From: Eledone cirrhosa
Taxonomy: Eukaryota
NCBI GenBank assembly: GCA_964016885.1
Contig: OZ024744.1
Coordinates: forward strand, 26,970,001 to 27,034,000
Reading direction: 5' to 3'
DNA: 64,000 nt
Each line of letters starts with the position of its first letter. Positions within the stretch are counted from its first letter, which is position 1. A program made the position numbers and the translations under genes. The notes beneath the pieces are model-generated. The model was not told the origin of the DNA. It saw only the letters and a list, made by a program, of their open reading frames with translations, and made no database searches. Below, piece after piece: positions 11,380-21,799 of this stretch.

Positions 11380-14300
11380 AGGGAGGTAACGTAAGGGCCA
11401 GAGACACCAGAAGTCTCGACTGCTAAGGCTAGGCATCTCAGTGCATGTGGTGGTAAGAAGGGAAGTAACCTTAGGGCCAGGTACACCAGAAGTCTCCACT
11501 GCTACGGCTAGGCATCTCAGTGCATGTGGTGGTAAGAAGGGAGGTAACCTTAGGGCCAAGGACAACAGAAGCCTCCACAGTTACGGCTAGGCATCTCAGT
11601 GCATGTGGTGGTAAGAAGGGAGGTAACATTAGGGCCAGGGACACCAGAAGACCCCACTGTTGCGGCTAGGCATCTCAGTGCATGTGGTGGTAAGAAGGGA
11701 GGTAACCTTAGGGCCAGGCACACCAGAAGTCGTCACTGTTACGGCTAGGCATCTCAGTGCATGTGGTGGTAAGAAGGGAGGTAACGTAAGGGCCAGAGAC
11801 ACCAGAAGTCTCGACTGCTAAGGCTAGGCATCTCAGTGCATGTGGTGGTAAGAAGGGAAGTAACCTTAGGGCCAGGGACACAAGAAGTCTCCACAGTTAC
11901 GGCTAGGCATGTCAGTGCATGTGGTGGTAAGAAGGGAGGTAACCTTAGGGCCAGGGACACCAGAAGTCTCCACTGCTACGGCTAGGCATCTCAGTGCATG
12001 TGGTGGTAAGAATGGAGGTAACCTTAGGGCCAAGGACACCAGAAGTCTCCACTGTTACGGCTAGGCATGTCAGTGCATGTGGTGTTAAGAAGGGAGGTAA
12101 CCTTAGGGCCAGGGATACCAGAAGTCTCCACTGTTACGGCTAGGCATCTCAGTGCATGTGGTGGTAAGAAGGGAGGTAACCTTAGGGCAAGGGACACCAG
12201 AAGTCTCCACTGTTACGGCTAGGCATCTCAGGGCATTTGGTGGTAAGAAGGGAGGTAACCTTAGGGCCAGGGACACTAGAAGACTCCACTGTTACGGCTA
12301 GGCATCTCAGTGCATGTGGTGGTAAGAAGGGAGGTAACCTTAGGGCCAGGGACACCAGAAGTCTCCACTGTTACGGCTAGGCATCTCAGTGCATGTGGTG
12401 GTAAGAAGGGAGGTAACCTTAGGGCCAGGGACACCAGAAGACTCCGCTGTTACGGCTAGTCATCTCAGTGCATGTGGTGGTAAGAAGGGAGGTAACCTTA
12501 AGGCCAGGGACACCAGAAGTCTCCACTGTTACGGCTAGACATGTCAGTGCATGTGGTGGTAAGAAGGGAGGTAACCTTATGGCCAGGAACACCAGAAGTC
12601 TCCACTGTTACGGCTAGGCATCTCAGTGCATGTGGTGGTAAGAAGGGAGGTAACCTTAGGGCCAGGTACACCAGAAGTCTCCACTGCTACGGCTAGGCAT
12701 CTCAGTGCATGTGGTGGTAAGAAGGGAGGTAACCTTAGGGCCAAGGACAACAGAAGCCTCCACTGTTACGGCTAGGCATCTCAGTGCATGTGGTGGTAAG
12801 AAGGGAGGTAACATTAGGGCCAGGGACACCAGAAGACCCCACTGTTACGGCTAGGCATCTCAGTGCATGTGGTGGTAAGAAGGGAGGTAACCTTAGGGCC
12901 AGGGAAACCAGAAGTCTCCACTGTTACGGCTAGGCATCTCAGTGCATGTGGAGGTAAGAAGGGAGGTAACCTTAGGGCCAGGGACACCAGAAGTCTCCAC
13001 TGTTACGGCTAGGCATCTCAGTGCATGTGGTGGTAAGAAGGGAGGTAACCTTAGGGCCAAGGACACCAGAAGTCTCCACTGTTACGTCTAGGCATCTCAG
13101 TGCATGTGGTGGTAAGAAGGGAGGTAACCTTAGGGCCAGGGACACCAGACGTCTCCACTGCTACGGCTAGGCATCTCAGTGCATGTGGAGGTAAGAAGGG
13201 AGTTAACCTTAGGGCCAGGGACACCAGAAGTCTCCACTGTTACGGCTAGGCATCTCAGTGCATGTGGTGGTAAGAAGGGAGCTAACCTTAGGGCCAGGGA
13301 CAGCAGAAGTCTCCACTGCTACGGCTAGGCATCTCAGTGCATGTGGTGGTAAGAAGGGAGGTAAACTTAGGGCCAAGGACACCAGAAGTCTCCACTGTTA
13401 CGTCTAGGCATCTCAGTGCATGTGGTGGTAAGAAGGGAGGTAACCTTAGGGCCAGGGACACCAGAAGTCTCCACTATAACGGCTAGGCATCTCAGTGCAT
13501 GTGGTGGTAAGAAGGGAGGTAAACTTATGGCCAGGGACACCAGAAGTCTCCACTGCTACGGCTAGGCATCTCAGTGCATGTGGTGGTAAGAAGGGAGGTA
13601 ACCTTAGGGCCAGGCACACCAGAAGTCGTCACTGTTACGGCTAGGCATCTCAGTGCATGTGGTGGTAAGAAGGGAGGTAACGTAAGGGCCAGAGACACCA
13701 GAAGTCTCGACTGCTAAGGCTAGGCATGTCAGTGCATGTGGTGGTAAGAAGGGAGGTAACCTTAGGGCCAGGAACACCAGAAGTCTCCACTGTTACGGCT
13801 AGGCATCTCAGTGCATGTGGTGGTAAGAAGGGAGGTAACCTTAGGGCCAGGTACACCAGAAGTCTCCACTGCTACGGCTAGGCATCTCAGTGCATGTGGT
13901 GGTAAGAAGGGAGGTAACCTTAGGGCCAAGGACAACAGAAGCCTCCACTGTTACGGCTAGGCATCTCAGTGCATGTGGTGGTAAGAAGGGAGGTAACATT
14001 AGGGCCAGGGACACCAGAAGACCCCACTGTTACGGCTAGGCATCTCAGTGCATGTGGTGGTAAGAAGGGAGGTAACCTTAGGGCCAGGGAAACCAGAAGT
14101 CTCCACTGTTACGGCTAGGCATCTCAGTGCATGTGGTGGTAAGAAGGGAGGTAACCTTAGGGCCAAGGACACCAGAAGTCTCCACTGTTACGGCTAGGCA
14201 TCTCAGTGCATGTGGTGGTAAGAAGGGAGGTAACCTTAGGGCCAAGGACACCAGAAGTCTCCACTGTTACGTCTAGGCATCTCAGTGCATGTGGTGGTAA

Positions 14301-15340
14301 GAAGGGAGGTAACCTTAGGGCCAGGGACACCAGACGTCTCCACTGCTACGGCTAGGCATCTCAGTGCATGTGGAGGTAAGAAGGGAGTTAACCTTAGGGC
14401 CAGGGACACCAGAAGTCTCCACTGTTACGGCTAGGCATCTCAGTGTATGTGGTGGTAAGAAGGGAGCTAACCTTAGGGCCAGGGACAGCAGAAGTCTCCA
14501 CTGATACGGCTAGGCATCTCAGTGCATGTGGTGGTAAGAAGGGAGGTAAACTTAGGGCCAAGGCCACCAGAAGTCTCCACTGTTACGTCTAGGCATCTCA
14601 GTGCATGTGGTGGTAAGAAGGGAGGTAACCTTAGGGCCAGGGACACCAGAAGTCTCCACTATAACGGCTAGGCATCTCAGTGCATGTGGTGGTAAGAAGG
14701 GAGGTAAACTTAGGGCCAGGGACACCAGAAGTCTCCACTGCTACGGCTAGGCATCTCAGTGCATGTGGTGGTAAGAAGGGAGGTAACGTACGGGCCAGAG
14801 ACACCAGAAGTCTCGACTGCTAAGGCTAGGCATGTCAGTGCATGTGGTGGTAAGAAGGGAGGTAACCTTAGGGCCAGGAACACCAGAAGTCTCCACTGTT
14901 ACGGCTAGGCATCTCAGTGCATGTGGTGGTAAGAAGGGAGGTAACCTTAGGGCCAGGTACACCAGAAGTCTCCACTGCTACGGCTAGGCATCTCAGTGCA
15001 TGTGGTGGTAAGAAGGGAGGTAACCTTAGGGCCAAGGACAACAGAAGCCTCCACTGTTACGGCTAGGCATCTCAGTGCATGTGGTGGTAAGAAGGGAGGT
15101 AACATTAGGGCCAGGGACATCAGAAGACCCCACTGTTACGGCTAGGCATCTCAGTGCATGTGGTGGTAAGAAGGGAGGTAACCTTAGGGCCAGGGAAACC
15201 AGAAGTCTCCACTGTTACGGCTAGGCATCTCAGTGCATGTGGAGGTAAGAAGGGAGGTAACCTTAGGGCCAGGGACACCAGAAGTCTCCACTGTTACGGC
15301 TAGGCATCTCAGTGCATGTGGTGGTAAGAAGGGAGGTAAC
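11380..15340 (+). repeat. Local 15/14-monomer higher-order repeat
   Basis: The marker GCCAGGTACACC, followed by GACAACAGAAGCCT and ACATTAG..AGACCCC monomers, occurs at 11476, 12661, 13846 and 14952. Spacings are 1185, 1185 and 1106 bp (15, 15 and 14 x 79). Confidence 0.85.
12321..12399 (+). repeat. Reference consensus monomer (79 bp)
   Basis: Reads GGTAAGAAGGGAGGTAACCTTAGGGCCAGGGACACCAGAAGTCTCCACTGTTACGGCTAGGCATCTCAGTGCATGTGGT. The commonest polymorphisms elsewhere are CCAGGG/CCAAGG, TGTTAC/TGCTAC, AAGTCT/AAGACT and CATCTC/CATGTC. Confidence 0.97.
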
Positions 15341-18300
15341 CTTAGGGCCAGGGACTCCAGAAGTCTCCACTGTTACGGCTAGGCATGTCAGTGCATGTGG
15401 TGGTAAGAAGGGAGGTAACCTTAAGGCCAGGGACACCAGAAGACTCCACGGTTACGGCTAGGCATCTCAGTGCATGTGGTGGTACGAAGGGAGGTAACCT
15501 TAGGGTTTGGGACACCAGAAGTCTTCACTGCTACGGCCAGGCATCTCAGTGCATGTGGTGGTAACAAGGGAGGTAACCTTAGGGCCAGGGACACCAGAAG
15601 ACTCCACTGTTACGGCTAGGCATCTCAGTGCATGTGGTGGTAAGAATGGAGGTAACCTTAGGGCCAGGGACACCAGAAGTCTCCACTGTTACGGCTAGGC
15701 ATGTCAGTGCATGTGGTGGTAAGAAAGGAGGTAACCTTAGGGCCAGGGACACCAGAAGTCTCCACTGCTACGGCTAGGCATCTCAGTGCATGTGGTGGTA
15801 AGACAGGAGGTAACCTTAGGCCCAGGGACACCAGAAGTCTCCACTGCTACGGCTAGGCATCTCAGTGCATGTGGTGGTAAGAAGGAAGTAACCTTAGGGC
15901 CAAGGACACCAGAAGTCTTCACTGTTACGGCTAGGCATATCAGTGCATGTGGTGGTAAGAAGGGAGGTAACCTTAGGGCCAAGGACACCAGAAGTCTCCA
16001 CTGCTACGGCTAGGCATCTCAGTGCATGTGTTGGTAAGAAGGAAGTAACCTTAGGGCCAAGGACACCAGAAGTCTCCAATGTTACGGCTAGGCATCTCAG
16101 TGCATGTGGTGGTAATAAGGGAGGTAACCTTAGGTCCAGGAACACCAGAAGTCTCCACTGTTAAGGCTAGGCATCTCAGTGCATGTGGATGTAAGAAGGA
16201 AGTAACCTTAGGGCCAAGGACACCAGAAGTCTCCACTGTTACGGCTAGGCATCTCAGTGCATGTGGATGTAAGAAGGGAGGTAACCTTAGGGCCAAGGAC
16301 AGCAGAAGTCTCCACTGTTACGGCTAGGCATGTCAGTGCATGCGGTGGTAAGGAGGGAGGTAACCTTAGGGCCAGGCACACCAGAGGTCGCCACTGTTAC
16401 GGCTAGGCATCTCAGTGCATGTGGTGGTAAGAAGGGAGGTAACGTAAGGGCCAGAGACACCAGAAGTCTCGACTGCTAAGGCTAGGCATCTCAGTGCATG
16501 TGGTGGTAAGAAGGGAAGTAACCTTAGGGCCAGGTACACCAGAAGTCTCCACTGCTACGGCTAGGCATCTCAGTGCATGTGGTGGTAAGAAGGGAGGTAA
16601 CCTTAGGGCCAAGGACAACAGAAGCCTCCACTGTTACGGCTAGGCATCTCAGTGCATGTGGTGGTAAGAAGGGAGGTAACATTAGGGCCAGGGACACCAG
16701 AAGACCCCACTGTTACGGCTAGGCATCTCAGTGCATGTGGTGGTAAGAAGGGAGGTAACCCTAGGGCCAGGCACACCAGAAGTCGTCACTGTTACGGCTA
16801 GGCATCTCAGTGCATGTGGTGGTAAGAAGGGAGGTAACGTAAGGGCCAGAGACACCAGAAGTCTCGACTGCTAAGGCTAGGCATCTCAGTGCATGTGGTG
16901 GTAAGAAGGGAAGTAACCTTAGGGCCAGGGACACCAGAAGTCTCCACAGTTACGGCTAGGCATCTCAGTGCATGTGGTGGTAAGAAGGGAGGTAACCTTA
17001 GGGCCAGGGACACCAGAAGTCTCCACTGCTACGGCTAGGCATCTCAGTGCATGTGGTGGTAAGAATGGAGGTAACCTTAGGGCCAAGGACACCAGAAGTC
17101 TCCACTGTTACGGCTAGGCATGTCAGTGCATGTGGTGTTAAGAAGGGAGGTAACCTTAGGGCCAGGGACACCAGAAGTCTCCACTGTTACGGCTAGGCAT
17201 CTCAGTGCATGTGGTGGTAAGAAGGGAGGTAACCTTAGGGCAAGGGACACCAGAAGTCTCCACTGTTACGGCTAGGCATCTCAGGGCATTTGGTGGTAAG
17301 AAGGGAGGTAACCTTAGGGCCAGGGACACTAGAAGACTCCACTGTTACGGCTAGGCATCTGAGTGCATGTGGTGGTAAGAAGGGAGGTAACCTTAGGGCC
17401 AGGGACACCAGAAGTCTCCACTGTTACGGCTAGGCATCTCAGTGCATGTGGTGGTAAGAAGGGAGGTAACCTTAGGGCCAGGGACACCAGAAGACTCCGC
17501 TGTTACGGCTAGTCATCTCAGTGCATGTGGTGGTAAGAAGGGAGGTAACCTAAAGGCCAGGGACACCAGAAGTCTCCACTGTTACGGCTAGACATGTCAG
17601 TGCATGTGGTGGTAAGAAGGGAGGTAACCTTAGGGCCAGGAACACCAGAAGTCTCCACTGTTACGGCTAGGCATCTCAGTGCATGTGGTGGTAAGAAGGG
17701 AGGTAACCTTAGGGCCAGGTACACCAGAAGTCTCCAATGCTACGGCTAGGCATCTCAGTGCATGTGGTGGTAAGAAGGGAGGTAACCTTAGGGCCAAGGA
17801 CAACAGAAGCCTCCACTGTTACGGCTAGGCATGTCAGTGCATGTGGTGGTAAGAAGGGAGGTAACATTAGGGCCAGGGACACCAGAAGACTCCACTGTTA
17901 CGGCTAGGCATCTCAGTGCATGTGGTGGTAAGAAGGGAGGTAACCTTAGGGCCAGGGAAACCAGAAGTCTCCACTGTTACGGCTAGGCATCTCAGTGCAT
18001 GTGGAGGTAAGAAGGGAGGTAACCTTAGGGCCAGGGACACCAGAAGTCTCCACTGTTACGGCTAGGCATCTCAGTGCATGTGGTGGTAAGAAGGGGGGTA
18101 ACCTTAGGGCCAAGGACACCAGAAGTCTCCACTGTTACGGCTAGGCATCTCAGTGCATGTGGTGGTAAGAAGGGAGGTAACCTTAGGGCCAAGGACACCA
18201 GAAGTCTCCACTGTTACGCCTAGGCATCTCAGTGCATGTGGTGGTAAGAAGGGAGGTAACCTTAGGGCCAGGGACACCAGACGTCTCCACTGCTACGGCT

Positions 18301-21300
18301 AGGCATCTCAGTGCATGTGGAGGTAAGAAGGGAGGTAACCTTAGGGCCAGGGACACCAGAAGTCTCCACTGTTACGGCTAGGCATCTCAGTGCATGTGGT
18401 GGTAAGAAGGGAGCTAACCTTAGGGCCAGGGACACCAGAAGTCTCCACTGGTACGGCTAGGCATCTCAGTGCATGTGGTGGTAAGAAGGGAGGTAACCTT
18501 AGGGCCAGGTACACCAGAAGTCTCCACTGCTACGGCTAGGCATCTCAGTGCATGTGGTGGTAAGAAGGGAGGTAACCTTAGGGCCAGGGACACCAGAAGT
18601 CTCCACTGCTACGGCTAGGCATCTCAGTGCATGTGGTGGTAAGAAGGGAGGTAACCTTAGGGCCAGGGACACCAGAAGTCTCCACTGTTACGGCTAGGCA
18701 TCTCAGTGCATGTGGTGGTAAGAAGGGAGGTAACCTTAGGGCCAAGGACACCAGAAGTCTCCACTTTTACGGCTAGGCATCTCAGTGCATGTGGTGGTAA
18801 GAAGGGAGGTAACCTTAGGGCCAAGGACACCAGAAGTCTCCACTGTTACGTCTAGGCATCTCAGTGCATGTGGTGGTAAGAAGGGAGGTAACCTTAGGGC
18901 CAGGGACACCAGACGTCTCCACTGCTACGGCTAGGCATCTCAGTGCATGTGGAGGTAAGAAGGGAGGTAACCTTAGGGCCAGGGACACCAGAAGTCTCCA
19001 CTGTTACGGCTAGGCATCTCAGTGCATGTGCTGGTAAGAAGGGAGCTAACCTTAGGGCCAGGGACAGCAGAAGTCTCCACTGCTACGGCTAGGCATCTCA
19101 GTGCATGTGGTGGTAAGAAGGGAGGTAACCTTAGGGCCAAGGACACCAGAAGTCTCCACTGTTACGTCTAGGCATCTCAGTGCATGTGGTGGTAAGAAGG
19201 GAGGTAACCTTAGGGCCAGGGACACCAGAAGTCTCCACTGTAACGGCTAGGCATCTCAGTGCACGTGGTGGTAAGAAGGGAGGTAAACTTAGGGCCAGGG
19301 ACACCAGAAGTCTCCACTGCTACGGCTAGGCATCTCAGTGCATGTGGTGGTAAGAAGGGAGGTAACCTTAGGGCCAGGCACACCAGAAGTCGTCACTGTT
19401 ACGGCTAGGCATCTCAGTGCATGTGGTGGTAAGAAGGGAGGTAACCTTAGGGCCAGGGACACCAGAAGTCTCCACTGTTACGGCTAGGCATGTCAGTGCA
19501 TGTGGTGGTAAGAAGGGAGGTAACCTTAGGGCCAGGGACACCAGAAGTCTCCACTGTTACGGCTAGGCATCTCAGTGCATGTGGTGGTAAGAAGGGAGGT
19601 AACCTTGGGGCCAGGGACACCAGAAGTCTCCACTGTTACGGCTAGGCATCTCAGTGCATGTGGTGGTAAGAAGGAAGTAACCTTAGGGCCAGGGACACTA
19701 GAAGACGCCACTGTTACGGCTAGGCATCTCAGTGCATGTGGTGGTAAGAAGGGAGGTAACCTTAGGGTTTGGGACACCAGAAGTCTCCACTGCTACGGCC
19801 AGGCATCTCAGTGCATGTGGTGGTAAGAAGGGAGGTAACCTTAGGGCCAGGGACACCAGACGTCTCCACTGCTACGGCTAGGCATCTCAGTGCATGTGGT
19901 GGTAAGAAGGGAGGTAACCTTAGGGCCAAGGACAGCAGAAGTCTCCACTGCTACGGCGAGGCATCTCAGTGCATGTGGTGGTAAGAAAGGAGGTAACCTT
20001 AGGTCCGAGGACACCAGAAGCCTCCACTGTTACGATTAGGCATGTCAGTGCATGTGGTGGTAAGAAAGCAGGTAACCTTAGGGCCAGGGACACCAGAAGT
20101 CTCCACTGCTACGGCGAGGCATCTCAGTGCATGTGGTGGTAAGAAAGGAGGTAACCTTAGGGCCAGGGACACCAGAAGACTTCACAGTTACGGCTAGGCA
20201 TCTCAGTGCATGTGGTGGTAAGAAGGGAGGTAACCTTAGGGCCAAGGACAGCAGAAGTCTCCACTGCTCCGGCGAGGCATCTCAGTGCATGTGGCGGTAA
20301 GAAAGGAGGTAACCTTAGGGCCAAGGACACCAGAAGCCTCCACAATTACGACTAGGCATGTCAGTGCATGTGGTGGTAAGAAAGCAGGTAAACTTAGGGC
20401 CAGGGACACCAGAAGTCTCCACTGCTACGGCGAGGCATCTCAGTGCATGTGGTGGTAAGAAGGGAGGTAACCTTAGGGCCAGGGACTCCAGAAGTCTCCA
20501 CTGTTACGGCTAGGCATGTCAGTGCATGTGGTGGCAAGAAATGAGGTAACCTTAGGGCCAGGGACACCAGAAGTCTCCACTGCTACGGCTAGGCATCTCA
20601 GTGCATGTGGTGGTAAGAAGGGAGGTAACCTTAGGGCCAGGGACACCAGAAGTCTCCACTGTTACGGCTAGGCATCTCAGTGCATGTGGTGGTAAGAAGG
20701 GAGGTAAGATTAGGGCCAGGGACACCAGAAGACTCCACTGTTACGGCTAGGCATCTCAGTGCATGTGGTGGTAAGAAGGGAGGTAACCTTAGGGCCAGGG
20801 ACACCAGAAGTCTCCACTGCTACGGCTAGGCATCTCAGTGCATGTGGAGGTAAGAAGGGAGGTAACCTTAGGGCCAGGGACACCAGAAGTCTCCACTGTT
20901 ACGGCTAGGCATCTCAGTGCATGTGGTGGTAAGAAGGGAGCTAACCTTAGGGCCAGGGACAGCAGAATCTCCACTGCTACGGCTAGGCATCTCAGTGCAT
21001 GTGGTGGTAAGAAGGGAGGTTATCTTAGGGCCAAGGACACCAGAAGTCTCCACTGTTACGTCTAGGCATCTCAGTGCATGTGGTGGTAAGAAGGGAGGTA
21101 ACCTTAGGGCCAGGGACACCAGAAGTCTCCACTGTTACGGCTAGGCATCTCAGTGCATGTGGTGGTAAGAAGGGAGGTAACCTTAGGGCCAGGGACACCA
21201 GATGACTCCGCTGTTACGGCTAGTCATCTCAGTGCATGTGGTGGTAAGAAGGGAGGTAACCTTAAGGCCAGGGACACCAGAAGTCTCCACTGTTACGGCT

Positions 21301-21799
21301 AGGCATGTCAGTGCATGTGGTGGTAAGAAGGGAGGTAACCTTAGGGCCAGGGACACCAGAAGTCTCGACTGCTAACGCTAGGCATCTCAGTGCATGTGGT
21401 GGTAAGAAGGAAAGTAACCTTAGGGCCAGGGACACCAGAAGTCTCCACTGCTACGGCTAGGCATCTCAGTGCATGTGGTGGTAAGAAGGGAGGTAACCTT
21501 AGGGCCAGGCACACCAGAAGTCGTCACTGTTACGGCTAGGCATCTCAGTGCATGTGGTGGTAAGAAGGGAGGTAACGTAACGGCCAGAGACACCAGAAGT
21601 CTCGACTGCTAAGGCTAGGCATCTCAGTGCATGTGGTGGTAAGAAGGGAGGTAACCTTAGGGCCAAGGACACCAGAAGTCTCCACTGTTACGGCTAGGCA
21701 TGTCAGTGCATGTGGTGTTAAGAAGGGAGGTAACCTTAGGGCCAGGGACACCAGAAGTCTCCACTGTTACGGCTAGGCATCTCAGTGCATGTGGTGGTA

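Larger units (their letters stand above)
10295..18130 (+). repeat. 64-monomer (5053-bp offset) duplication: about 10295..13080 recurs at about 15350..18130
   Basis: ORF pairs 10454/15507, 10684/15737, 11359/16412 and 11754/16807 all differ by 5053. Shared variants include GGACTCCAG, AGACAGGAG..AGGCCCAG, GCATGCGG and GACACTAG. Scattered substitutions separate the copies. Confidence 0.9.

Noticed and set aside
12340-12345. True telomere or interstitial telomeric tract
   Set aside because: TTAGGG occurs once per monomer and I saw no perfect tandem (TTAGGG)n.
12366-12391. V(D)J RSS heptamer-like CACTGTT / CTCAGTG
   Set aside because: Only 6/7 matches, with no ACAAAAACC-like nonamer at 12 or 23 bp spacing.
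12321-12399. CENP-B box, or identity with the 79-bp CENP-B-binding Mus caroli satellite
   Set aside because: The NTTCGNNNNANNCGGGN motif is absent on both strands of the consensus, which has only one CpG. Equal monomer length alone is not evidence.
12321-12399. Tandem tRNA, 5S or snRNA genes (unit is tRNA-sized)
   Set aside because: No cloverleaf, no GTTCRA B-box, no oligo-T terminator and no spacer.
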